From the IMG/VR virus record IMGVR_UViG_3300037991_005043, positions 24,349 to 88,348 of that record: DNA of 64,000 nt, one strand, 5' to 3'. How positions within the stretch are numbered: position 1 is the first letter of the stretch; the number at the start of each line of letters is the position of its first letter. The position numbers and the translations under genes were made by a program. The notes beneath the pieces are model-generated. The model made no database searches, was not told where the DNA came from, and was given only the letters and a program-made list of their open reading frames with translations. This document shows, in pieces, positions 20,110 through 29,154 of the stretch. This DNA comes from a virus. Its lineage: Duplodnaviria; Caudoviricetes.

Positions 20110-20347
20110 TTTTTTCATCTCCTTGTGATTTGTGGCTCCTACAATATTTACTACCATTATTGTAGTCATTCCAAGCGTTACATTTTTTCCCTGCGTGGGT
20201 TATGCCTTGACATCTAAAACCTTCGGGTCTTATATCTGAGTTGTAGCACTTATGGCAGAATGCTATGTAGTTATCTCCTTTTTCCTTCCATCTACTATAT
20301 CTAACGGTAACATAGTTTGGGCAATTGTAGCACTTAACTCTAGGCAT
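20102..20347 (-). CDS. Small double zinc-finger protein
   Basis: CYNC...CHKC and 'RCQGITHAGKKC...YCRSH'. Confidence 0.6.
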   Translation of the reverse strand: MPRVKCYNCPNYVTVRYSRWKEKGDNYIAFCHKCYNSDIRPEGFRCQGITHAGKKCNAWNDYNNGSKYCRSHKSQGDEKNE

Positions 20348-21303
20348 TAGAACCACTCATCCAATCCCGTTTGTATTGTTCCTAATTTTATATTTTTAGA
20401 ATCCCATCCCATAGCATCAAATACAGGTTGAGCCTTCTTAATTACCGATTCAGCATAATGTTCCCAATCAGGTTCTACATCTTCAAAATAGTTTAATGAT
20501 GGTGCTGAATAGTATTTAGCATATCTAGTTTCTTTAGTAACAGGATGAATATATTTAGTATTCTTGTTCCTAGTTCTAACAAAGAAATATGAATCAACCC
20601 CTTGCTTTGTAAAATCAAACTCACCGCTTTGTTGCCCTGCTATAATTCCTTCAATACCTTGACCTATTGAGATAGATTTATACTCTCCATCTTTTCTTTT
20701 TCCAGATGAAAAGTTCTTTACAGGATTCATACAGGGTTTAGAAATATATCCTCCAATTGATATATCTTTATCCTTAAAGGTTCCATCACAAACTTCTGGT
20801 AAATTATGTAAGGAGTATTTCTTCTTGCACTTTGGGCAACTAATTTTGAATCTCTCCTCTTTCAATCTACTTCTTTTTATGACATCTCTCTTATCTGTTT
20901 TACCCGATAAAACTTCAACATATTTGTTGTGTAATTCTTTTACAATGTAATTTTGGCTTTTACCTTCTACCCACATATTCAAAACATCTATTTGAACACC
21001 TTTTGATAAAGTAGTTTCACTAACTCTTTTTGCCGTGAAACCTGTCATGGTAAATTTGGGCTTATCTAACCATACTCCATCATCCCAAGATACTAATCCT
21101 GCGTTTCTGTTTTTAGTAGCACCGACACCCAATGCTGAATAATATTTCTCAAACTCCAACACAACGGGATGTTGTTCAAGTCCGAGAACATTCGGGAACT
21201 TCTTTCTAACTTCATTTTCTATCTCCTTGATTACCTTTTGTGCTTTTTCTACACTACCTATTTGAACATAAATAGAATCAGTATGCCCATAAACTACTTT
21301 CAT
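20347..21303 (-). CDS. polB: Family B DNA polymerase, C-terminal subunit (motif C, thumb, PIP box)
   Basis: Begins MKVVYGHTDS (YGDTDS variant). Has 'NRNAGL' and 'TGFTAKR'. C-terminal PIP box QTGLDEWF. Confidence 0.9.
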   Translation of the reverse strand: MKVVYGHTDSIYVQIGSVEKAQKVIKEIENEVRKKFPNVLGLEQHPVVLEFEKYYSALGVGATKNRNAGLVSWDDGVWLDKPKFTMTGFTAKRVSETTLSKGVQIDVLNMWVEGKSQNYIVKELHNKYVEVLSGKTDKRDVIKRSRLKEERFKISCPKCKKKYSLHNLPEVCDGTFKDKDISIGGYISKPCMNPVKNFSSGKRKDGEYKSISIGQGIEGIIAGQQSGEFDFTKQGVDSYFFVRTRNKNTKYIHPVTKETRYAKYYSAPSLNYFEDVEPDWEHYAESVIKKAQPVFDAMGWDSKNIKLGTIQTGLDEWF

Positions 21304-21434
21304 TTTATTTCCTCCAATAAAATAGAATCTATCATTTTTCTATTCAAATCAATATCGTGTTTCATCGAAACTAATCTGATTAGAATATAAGTGAAATACC
21401 CTACTATTGTAAATTTCCATATAGTATCTATCAT
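21300..21434 (-). CDS. 44-aa putative membrane protein between the polB halves
   Basis: MIDTIWKFTIVGYFTYILIRLV...; ATGA overlap with polB-C. Confidence 0.5.
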   Translation of the reverse strand: MIDTIWKFTIVGYFTYILIRLVSMKHDIDLNRKMIDSILLEEIK

Positions 21435-21446
21435 CTTAACCCCCCC

Positions 21447-21770
21447 TCAATGGTGGAAGTTGCTATGAAAGTTAGGCGTAGTGTTATCATTGCTATCGAA
21501 CTTTCTCTTATCATTTTCAAATTCAGTATCAGCCATTAACTTAGTGAACTGTATTTGTTCTACAATCTTTTCAGGTTCTACAATATAGGCTTCATTAATT
21601 TCTGTTAAGAAATCAATTCTTCTAACTGCTGAGTTTCTAATACCTGTGCAATTACCCATGTCGTCTTTTACTATAGTAAATTCAGAAAGTGGACCAATTG
21701 TAGCAACTACTTCTCCTTTTACAGTAAGAATCTCTTCCCCTAGTTCATAGTGTATAACTGCCTTAAACAT
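21447..21770 (-). CDS. Hypothetical protein
   Basis: Co-oriented ORF with GGGTGA upstream (GTG/ATG region). Confidence 0.55.
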   Translation of the reverse strand: MFKAVIHYELGEEILTVKGEVVATIGPLSEFTIVKDDMGNCTGIRNSAVRRIDFLTEINEAYIVEPEKIVEQIQFTKLMADTEFENDKRKFDSNDNTTPNFHSNFHH

Positions 21771-22004
21771 TCAAATCACCCTTGTAAATAGAAAGTTAAG
21801 AGGCTCATTTCTATCTTTAGCCATCTGTTCTTGTATTTCTCTAACTACCTTAATTAAATCTCTATTAGTATTTTCATGTAAATAATCTACATCATTGCTT
21901 AGTGCATTTAATCTAGTAGTTAAAACACCAATAGTTTTCTGCATGTCTGCAATAGTTTCTGTCTGAGTTTCTAGCATCTTTATCAATTCTTCAATTTTAT
22001 TCAT
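21771..22004 (-). CDS. Coiled-coil hypothetical protein
   Basis: Heptad pattern; GGAGGA RBS. Confidence 0.55.
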   Translation of the reverse strand: MNKIEELIKMLETQTETIADMQKTIGVLTTRLNALSNDVDYLHENTNRDLIKVVREIQEQMAKDRNEPLNFLFTRVI

Positions 22005-22016
22005 TTTATTTCCTCC

Positions 22017-22172
22017 TTAGAGCACCACTAAAAGTAGAGTTAATATTGTGGCTATATTAACTATATTTACCATCATTAGAATCTTATTACTTCTCTTAAC
22101 ATTATCTAATAAATCTTTCATAGTATCGTGGGTCATACTTTGTACTTCTATTAATTCGCTTAAATCAATCAT
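22017..22172 (-). CDS. Small protein with C-terminal TM helix
   Basis: 'ILMMVNIVNIATILTLLLVVL' at the C-terminus. Start probably MIDLSE. Confidence 0.5.
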   Translation of the reverse strand: MIDLSELIEVQSMTHDTMKDLLDNVKRSNKILMMVNIVNIATILTLLLVVL

Positions 22173-22365
22173 TTTTCTTTCTCCAAATTCCTTTTCCATT
22201 TTTACCTGCTATTAATTTCAACATAAAGCCAATAGAGCGAGTGCTACCTACATAAGTGCTATGTCCTGCTTCTTTTAGTTTCTGCACTACAGTATCGGCA
22301 GTAAATTCTCTATCACCCATATCATTGACTATCTTTTTGACCGCTTCAAATATTCTTTCATTCAT
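22165..22365 (-). CDS. Small winged-helix-like DNA-binding protein
   Basis: 'EFTADTVVQKL...STRSIGFMLK...GIWR' wHTH pattern. Confidence 0.5.
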   Translation of the reverse strand: MNERIFEAVKKIVNDMGDREFTADTVVQKLKEAGHSTYVGSTRSIGFMLKLIAGKNGKGIWRKKND

Positions 22366-22522
22366 CTAAATTCCTCGCCCTGCGATTTGGTTTCATTTTA
22401 TTTATTAACATGATAAGCCCATATTCTACACAATTTCTGCATACCGACCATTCTTCATCTCCCAAAACAAATGTTCTAAGATATTCATTTTCACCGCATA
22501 TCATACAATCACTACTTCCCAT
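22358..22522 (-). CDS. 54-aa C4 zinc-finger protein
   Basis: MGSSDCMICGENE...VCRNCVEY; coupled to the polB-N stop. Confidence 0.55.
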   Translation of the reverse strand: MGSSDCMICGENEYLRTFVLGDEEWSVCRNCVEYGLIMLINKMKPNRRARNLDE

Positions 22523-24219
22523 TATTCTATCCCCCTTGCTACAAATGCCGCTTCTCTAATTGCTTCTCTAGCACTAGCAGTAATACTAGCGGCTAAGTCC
22601 ACATCAGCCCATCCAAACCCTTGATATGCTACGATACCATAGAAAGAAGCCATAAGTCTTTTTACCGCCATTTGATTATTATACCACTTTTGATATTCAC
22701 CAGTATTGTTTTCTCTAGCGTGTTTCATTTTGGCTTTATAGTCATTTCTTAATTCTTTTAATTCTAGAACTGCTTTTGGTAAAAGACCTAATTCATCTGT
22801 CTTATAGTATAACATATGAGATTGATGATTATCGCTTAACGGTTTTAAATTTCTAGGGATTAAAATATCTACACCGAATTCTGTAGGTTTTACTGATTTA
22901 GTTTCCCATGAGATATTTCTTGCTATCATCATACTAGGATATAGTCCAGCATAATCAAATGCCGCTACTCCTAAATGTAATCCGTTAGTTCCTTCATCTA
23001 GGGGATTGTAAATCATAGCACCTTCATAATCTTCTCTATCTATATTCTTATTTCCAGTAGGGGCTTTCCAATAAGCGTTTCTCATAAAGTAGATACTGCC
23101 CATATGGGAAGCATAAAAACAAGCATCAAAAGGAGCAATCAGTAATCTTTGTAATGCTACAATAGCCTCGCTAGTAAAATTCTTTTCATCTAATTCTACT
23201 AATAACTTTACATCCACATAAGCATATTCTAGGTATAATTCTGTTTCTTCTAACCACGCTCTCTTATAGAACTCATCCATATTATCGAACTTTTGAGTTA
23301 CTAGTTTTTTATGTCCTAGAACAAGTTCTGAAACATAATCTAAACTCAGAGAAGGTAGCGTTCCTCTTTGTGAATCATTCCATTGTCTTTCAAATGCTAA
23401 ATCTAAATTCAAAGTAATTCTACCACTAATAGGTTGAGAGATAGGTGTATATCCTCCTTCTTTATACAAATCTTTGGGATTCTTTTTCCTATCAGTCATC
23501 CATTGCCCTTCAGATGTAACCCCTCTAACTTTACCCAAAGGAGATAAATCATTGGGGTTCAAATCATTGACTATTAATCTTTGAATCAGTTTAGGTAAAT
23601 CGAACTTCAACCCAAACCACGCAATTAGCATATCGGGATTATCTCTTTGTAAAACCTTTACAAAATTTCTAAGCATCGCTCTTTCTGTTCCAAAGATATA
23701 TTGATTTGCTGAATAATCGAATGAAGATAATATTTCTTTGGCTTTATCTTTGGTAGGAAACCAAACCCACTGATAGTATTCTTTACTGTAATTATCATAG
23801 GCTACAATAGTAGTGATAACTTCTTCGCCATCATAAAATTGCCATTCCATATCCCAATACCATTTACGCATATCATATTCTACTAACTCAGATAGTGCAT
23901 CTACACAGTATCTATGATGAAATGTTACATCAGCCTCATATGTTTTAGGAAAGAACTTAGCATCCTTGATAGATTTTAGGTGTTTTGAGTTTTGATAAAA
24001 TACTCTAATTAAATCTTCACCTTCTAGATTTTTACTTAGTGTGCTATCATCATATTCAAAATCATAGGTTGTCTTGTAATGACTATAAGATTGAGGTCTA
24101 TTTTCTGAATCTTTCTTAATATAGAAATAAGGTTTGAAAGGCACTATCTCTTCCTTTCTTTCTCCATTCTCTCTCCATGATTTGTAAATTGATTCTCCGT
24201 CATTATCACAGATAATCAT
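22522..24219 (-). CDS. polB: Family B DNA polymerase, N-terminal subunit (3'-5' exonuclease, motifs A and B)
   Basis: ExoI 'WDMEW', ExoII 'FDLPKL', ExoIII 'YAYVD', motif A 'FDYAGLYPS', motif B 'QMAVKRLMASFYG'. Confidence 0.92.
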   Translation of the reverse strand: MIICDNDGESIYKSWRENGERKEEIVPFKPYFYIKKDSENRPQSYSHYKTTYDFEYDDSTLSKNLEGEDLIRVFYQNSKHLKSIKDAKFFPKTYEADVTFHHRYCVDALSELVEYDMRKWYWDMEWQFYDGEEVITTIVAYDNYSKEYYQWVWFPTKDKAKEILSSFDYSANQYIFGTERAMLRNFVKVLQRDNPDMLIAWFGLKFDLPKLIQRLIVNDLNPNDLSPLGKVRGVTSEGQWMTDRKKNPKDLYKEGGYTPISQPISGRITLNLDLAFERQWNDSQRGTLPSLSLDYVSELVLGHKKLVTQKFDNMDEFYKRAWLEETELYLEYAYVDVKLLVELDEKNFTSEAIVALQRLLIAPFDACFYASHMGSIYFMRNAYWKAPTGNKNIDREDYEGAMIYNPLDEGTNGLHLGVAAFDYAGLYPSMMIARNISWETKSVKPTEFGVDILIPRNLKPLSDNHQSHMLYYKTDELGLLPKAVLELKELRNDYKAKMKHARENNTGEYQKWYNNQMAVKRLMASFYGIVAYQGFGWADVDLAASITASAREAIREAAFVARGIE

Positions 24220-24224
24220 TTTAT

Positions 24225-24977
24225 CTACTCCATTCTAGGTGCTTTCATAATTATAGCATCAGCAGAAACTAGAACTAATGGAGAATCATCTTTCAAGAAA
24301 ATATTGATTGTAGATGATTTATCAAAAGCCACATGTAAGGGTGCAGAAAATGAAACAGTAGCGGGTTCTCCAATACAAATACTAGGAATAGTTTCTTTGT
24401 ATTTACCGCCATTATTAATTGCACCGCTACTAACAGTTAGAGATAATTTAGTTTGTTCTTCTAATTCCTCTGATTCTACATCGAATGTGTAAATGCCAGT
24501 TTTTATTATATCACAAGTAGAGATTGCTTCTTCTAATTTAGATGCGTGTAGTTTTGCTCCAAATTCAAAAGTCCATGAATCGCCTCTCCAACTAGGGAGT
24601 GTTTCTAAATCTTGCTGAAATGTAATTCCATTAATCAAAACTTCTGCTTGTTTGTAAGTTACTTCCTCTATAATAATAGGCATAGTAGCAACTTTCTTTC
24701 CACATGTCAAAGATATGCCTCCATCTATTCTTTCAATAGTAACTTCACCTTTGAATTTTCTAGCAAAGGCTAGAAGTTTCTTTATGCTAACAATAACTGA
24801 ACCTTCTTGTTCAGCATTAGCATCTATGAATAATTTAACTACACATGTGCTATCTCCATTATAGAAATATACTGATTCTGTAGCAACTTCAATTAATAGG
24901 TTATCGCCTAAGTTTTTCTTTAGGCTTGCTCTTTCTAAATACGATTTTAAGTCATCTGCGTCAATTTTAAATCTCAT
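24225..24977 (-). CDS. pcn: DNA sliding clamp (PCNA-like)
   Basis: 250 aa with two repeated clamp-like domains, adjacent to polB; RFC genes and PIP boxes occur in the operon. Confidence 0.7.
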   Translation of the reverse strand: MRFKIDADDLKSYLERASLKKNLGDNLLIEVATESVYFYNGDSTCVVKLFIDANAEQEGSVIVSIKKLLAFARKFKGEVTIERIDGGISLTCGKKVATMPIIIEEVTYKQAEVLINGITFQQDLETLPSWRGDSWTFEFGAKLHASKLEEAISTCDIIKTGIYTFDVESEELEEQTKLSLTVSSGAINNGGKYKETIPSICIGEPATVSFSAPLHVAFDKSSTINIFLKDDSPLVLVSADAIIMKAPRME

Positions 24978-24986
24978 TTTTATCCC

Positions 24987-25814
24987 TCACAATGTTCCAT
25001 CTTTTAATTGTGTTAAGCCCTTCCATTGAACTTCTCCGTTCTTAGGAATACTCAAGAAAGTGAATCTCTTACCAACTAATTCAGTGGAATAATTTGCACT
25101 CTTAATGTATGCTGAATATTCTGCACCTTTCATAGTATTGATTAGACTTGTTCCTACTATAGTATCTAATTTATAATCAAATTTATTCCATACTGGCTGA
25201 GGAGGCTCATCTCTAAATGGAGGCTTAACATGCGTAATGTAAATTTGGTCGCAATCTAATCTCCATGCTTCATCTAATACGGTTCTAAAAGGTTGATTTC
25301 TTTGATACCATTCTTGCTGCATAGAAGGCTTAAACGCTCTTATTCTAGCATTTTCCATTCCTGTCATATATAGTGTGCAAGTATTCAACCATGCATCTAC
25401 TCCATCCCAAACGAATCTAATATCTTCACCGTTAGAAATTGCTTCTTGTGCTAGAGCAATAAATGAACGGATATTTCCTTGTGTTGTATATGCATCTTCA
25501 TTACCGCTTTCATCAAAGGCTACAGGGTTAAACATAACTATTCTATCAGACGCTTCATAATTTACTTTCCATGTAGGAACTGCTCTACCATCACAATCTA
25601 AATAATAAATTGTTTTATCGCAATCCATAGCAAGCCCTGTTTTTCCTGTCTTTGCTTCCCCTTCAATACCTACTCTCAATCTTTTAGTAGATTGCTTGAA
25701 TTGAGAATTTTGCTTAGATACCAAATCTCTAATTCTAACTAAATCTACTTCTGCTTTCTTTTCTTTATTTACTACATTTGTTTTCATATTTTTTAAACTC
25801 ATTTTATTCACCAA
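24987..25814 (-). CDS. RecA-fold ATPase (Sak4/RadB/AAA_24-like recombinase)
   Basis: 'GEAKTGKT' Walker A, 'YLDCDG', 'VWDGVD' Walker B. Confidence 0.7.
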   Translation of the reverse strand: MVNKMSLKNMKTNVVNKEKKAEVDLVRIRDLVSKQNSQFKQSTKRLRVGIEGEAKTGKTGLAMDCDKTIYYLDCDGRAVPTWKVNYEASDRIVMFNPVAFDESGNEDAYTTQGNIRSFIALAQEAISNGEDIRFVWDGVDAWLNTCTLYMTGMENARIRAFKPSMQQEWYQRNQPFRTVLDEAWRLDCDQIYITHVKPPFRDEPPQPVWNKFDYKLDTIVGTSLINTMKGAEYSAYIKSANYSTELVGKRFTFLSIPKNGEVQWKGLTQLKDGTL

Positions 25815-26119
25815 TCCTGTTCTGATAGGAAAAATTTACCCTTTCTTTGTTTTTCTTCATTTAAAGAACCTACACTTTTTTTATTGATTTCTACTTTTTC
25901 TCCTTTGAAATCAGTCCAAAGTTTTAGTAATTCCTCTAAACTAGCATAATCCATTTTCTCTTGGAATTTGCTTTCTTTTACATGCACAGTAACGAAGTAT
26001 TTATTCTTATCAAATCTATCGTCAATCCATGTAATAGTATTAATATCACTGAGGTTAAATATAGCCCCCATGTCATTTCCTTTCTTCTCTCGAAGAACTA
26101 ATCCTTTTGTAATCTGCAA
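25808..26119 (-). CDS. Hypothetical protein
   Basis: AGGTGA RBS precedes a TTG start; co-oriented. Confidence 0.55.
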   Translation of the reverse strand: MQITKGLVLREKKGNDMGAIFNLSDINTITWIDDRFDKNKYFVTVHVKESKFQEKMDYASLEELLKLWTDFKGEKVEINKKSVGSLNEEKQRKGKFFLSEQDW

Positions 26120-26261
26120 TTTATCACCTTTATCTGTATAGGGCTTTGCACCCTTCCGAATGTCTATTTTCTCCTATAGTTCACATCTATACTATTATGG
26201 CGCAAAGACTACCACAGTGGATGTGTTGGTAAAGTGGTAGTTGGAGTATGATGATTAGTTA

Positions 26262-27494
26262 TCAAAACCAATCAAAATTATCCTCGCTAACTTCTGTTTG
26301 TGGAGCAACAGGAGAACCTAGTCTTTCATTTACAAAAAGACCACTTACATTTATAGTAACGGGTTCATCGCCATCTTCACTACTTCTCTTAGAAGTTCTT
26401 CCAACAACTGTAACAGTAGAACCAATACCAAAGTCTAGATTCATACTAGGAGGAATCCAGCATGTAGTAGTTAGTTCTTGACCGCTTTCATAATCAATCT
26501 CAACATCTAAATCTGTTAGAGTTAGGATTCTATTACCGTTAGCAGTAGGAGTCATAACCATTTGAGAAACTGTTCCATCAGTAATGATATATCTTTCACT
26601 AGATGGTTGAGCCAATCTTTGTATGTGTTCAGTATCTAGAGCACCTAGACTTACAATCTTATCACTAAAGAAAGTAGCAGTTAAAGCAAATGGGTCTAGT
26701 TCTGTAGTATCTCTATATGCTTCATTACCTTCTAGTTCTGAATTAATTCTTAGAGAACCTAGAGTCTTTTCAGTCATACCAAACAATCTTTCATTATCTT
26801 CATTTCTAATACAAACGAAGTGAACCCAATCAAATGTTTGAGGATTAAATTCTACACAGAACTTTCTCTTGTAAGAAAATGCATAAGGCTTCATTTGTTC
26901 ACCATTAATGCTACCAAAGAATACACCACTTCTTCTTAGTTCTTCTTTAGGCATAGGTTTTCCAAAATTAGCATTCTTAGCCCCATTCATATATGTAGCA
27001 TTATCATACAAAGGAATAATTGTCCTACCATCTTCTAGAGTTTCTGCACCTTCTGGTAGTGAATCTCTAACGATAGTATTTGTTGTTTCACCATCAATAC
27101 ATCTTGTAATAGACCACATTCCATCTTCTTTTTCTACTGCTTCTGCAACTTTAGTATTCATAACTGCACTAAGAGCATCATTTAGATATGCTTCTTTTGC
27201 TTGCTTTCTAGACCAGTTCAAAACATCTCTAGGTTCTTCTAATGATATGAAGAAACCAAATGCTTGCGATACTAGGTTGTTGCTTCTTTGTTGTGTAGTA
27301 TTACCGCTTTTCTTAGAACGGACTACTTGCATAACATAACTTCTCCACAGTGACAAAGTAATCTTAGAGTAAAGTTCTGCGCCATTATCCGCACAGATTT
27401 CACTATACTTTTGTTCTGCTTCTTCTACGCTAATTCCTAATACGGAAGAAGCGTTTTTTACTTCATTTTCAATTTGTTCTTGCATTTTTTTCAT
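26262..27494 (-). CDS. RPA-like OB-fold single-stranded DNA-binding protein
   Basis: OB-like 'CWIP...GSTVTVVGR' and an acidic/aromatic tail 'EVSEDNFDWF'. Confidence 0.65.
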   Translation of the reverse strand: MKKMQEQIENEVKNASSVLGISVEEAEQKYSEICADNGAELYSKITLSLWRSYVMQVVRSKKSGNTTQQRSNNLVSQAFGFFISLEEPRDVLNWSRKQAKEAYLNDALSAVMNTKVAEAVEKEDGMWSITRCIDGETTNTIVRDSLPEGAETLEDGRTIIPLYDNATYMNGAKNANFGKPMPKEELRRSGVFFGSINGEQMKPYAFSYKRKFCVEFNPQTFDWVHFVCIRNEDNERLFGMTEKTLGSLRINSELEGNEAYRDTTELDPFALTATFFSDKIVSLGALDTEHIQRLAQPSSERYIITDGTVSQMVMTPTANGNRILTLTDLDVEIDYESGQELTTTCWIPPSMNLDFGIGSTVTVVGRTSKRSSEDGDEPVTINVSGLFVNERLGSPVAPQTEVSEDNFDWF

Positions 27495-27513
27495 CTCCTA
27501 TTGTTTTATTTTT

Positions 27514-28428
27514 TTATGTTAGATTTCCTACCATCCACGAAAGTATTACCTTTGGTGTCATAGTATTGGAACGCCATTCTGTTTCTCCGATAACCTTTAG
27601 AAATTTGAATTTCAAGGCGTTATCCATTCCTTGAGAATTCACAACTACATCATGTAGCCCTAGACATATCTCTTTTACAGTAAATCCTTTATAGACCATA
27701 TTATGAATATAGTCTAAAACCTCACCATCCTTCTCTAATAGCATATTTACCGCCTTTGCATAGTCGTCTAAGTTTGTTTCAATTTGTTTCACCAACGAGT
27801 TGCCACTTGACTTAGTGGCTTGCAATTCCGTTATGGCTCTACGAATATCACCATTTATTGAGTATATAAACCTGCGAAGGTCATCCAAATCAATTTTGCT
27901 CACTAGCCCCTCTTTTTCAATAATTTCAAGCATCATGTCGAGGATAACTTTGTCCTGCAAAAGATTGAACCTATAATTAGCACATCTACTTTGTAATGGA
28001 TGAATTATCTTATGTTTATCATTACAGGTAATTATGAATCTAATATTATTAGAATATCTCTCCATAATTCTTTTCAAAGCATTTTGGGCATCTTTAGTCA
28101 TACCATCCATTTCATCTAAAAGCATTATCTTAAATGGTACATCTCCCATAGTTACTGTTCTAGCAATCTCTTTGATTTTATCTCTAACAGTTTCCAATTT
28201 TCTGTCATCACTAGCATTTACTTCAAAGAAATTATCCTTGAAGAATTTCTTTAGAATATCTCTTGCTAATGCAATACTGGCAGTAGTCTTACCTGTTCCT
28301 GCTACTCCGCTAATTAGAACATTAGGCATATTCATTTCTGCTACCCATGTCTGAGCATCTAATACAAAATGCTCTTGTCCTACAATTTCACTTAGAGTAG
28401 TTGGTCTATATTTTTCAGTCCATAACAT
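27514..28428 (-). CDS. rfcS: Replication factor C small subunit
   Basis: 'WTEKYRP', 'GTGKTT', 'EVNASD', 'LLDEMD', 'QNALKRIME', 'SRC'. Confidence 0.95.
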   Translation of the reverse strand: MLWTEKYRPTTLSEIVGQEHFVLDAQTWVAEMNMPNVLISGVAGTGKTTASIALARDILKKFFKDNFFEVNASDDRKLETVRDKIKEIARTVTMGDVPFKIMLLDEMDGMTKDAQNALKRIMERYSNNIRFIITCNDKHKIIHPLQSRCANYRFNLLQDKVILDMMLEIIEKEGLVSKIDLDDLRRFIYSINGDIRRAITELQATKSSGNSLVKQIETNLDDYAKAVNMLLEKDGEVLDYIHNMVYKGFTVKEICLGLHDVVVNSQGMDNALKFKFLKVIGETEWRSNTMTPKVILSWMVGNLT

Positions 28429-28652
28429 TATAGCACCCCCAATTTTTTTCTTAGTGCTTCTTTTAAGTCATGGATAACTTGACTTAGCCAACCATGAGGT
28501 TCACTAATATTGAATCTGCCTATCTCATCTAATAATTCTTGAATATAGAAGTCTGCCTTTTCTGCTTTTTCTATTAACGCTTCTAAATTTCCTGCTTGTT
28601 CTGCTTTTTCTGCGAGTTCTTCACTTTTTTGTTTTATATTTCTACTTTTCAT
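28428..28652 (-). CDS. Hypothetical helical protein
   Basis: Coupled to the rfcS start; GGAGGA RBS. Confidence 0.5.
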   Translation of the reverse strand: MKSRNIKQKSEELAEKAEQAGNLEALIEKAEKADFYIQELLDEIGRFNISEPHGWLSQVIHDLKEALRKKLGVL

Positions 28653-28770
28653 TTTTATTCCTCCAAATCAATCTTTAAATTAATTAACTCGTTAAATGCC
28701 GTTGATGGTGATTTCTTTACTTCATAAAGGTAGATTATATGAGTAAGTCTTGCTATTATCTCTTTTTTCT

Positions 28771-29145
28771 TCATTTTTCTGCCTCCATTTTTTTTCTATA
28801 TCTTTCACAGGCATTTTCTCTTTGTGTGTGTCTTTCGACTGTTTGTTTGTTTGAAGAATTATACCCACAGTTATTACAAAACCAAGAACCATGATAGAAG
28901 GACATGGTTTTATCTTCTTCTTCTAAAATAACATTATCTTTTATTTTCCATTCTGTTTTTTTGACAGTAACATTAACCTTTTCAAAAGTCTTTGAAAATC
29001 TACCCCTTAGCATCTGAGCAAGCGAATTAATGCTTCTAGGATGTCTTTTGTAATTATCATTTTTTAGTCTTTCAAAAATAGCACTGGCTGGTAATGAACC
29101 TTCTTTCTTTAGTATTCTAATTATTCTTTTTTCATATTGTGTCAT
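28771..29145 (-). CDS. wHTH plus zinc-finger putative DNA-binding protein
   Basis: 'LPASAIFERL...INSLAQML' and 'CNNCGY...ERH...C'. Confidence 0.55.
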   Translation of the reverse strand: MTQYEKRIIRILKKEGSLPASAIFERLKNDNYKRHPRSINSLAQMLRGRFSKTFEKVNVTVKKTEWKIKDNVILEEEDKTMSFYHGSWFCNNCGYNSSNKQTVERHTQRENACERYRKKMEAEK

Positions 29146-29154
29146 TGTATCATC

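Noticed and set aside
20347-24219. Split intein joining the two PolB halves
   Set aside because: There is no N-terminal Cys/Ser intein block after the N-extein and no His-Asn-[CST] before YGHTDS.
26120-26200. tRNA-like arms on + (7-nt CTTTGCA loop and a GTTCACATC T-arm-like hairpin)
   Set aside because: No acceptor stem or D-arm can be formed, position 37 is not a purine, and the spacing is wrong. Kept only as a structured intergenic element.
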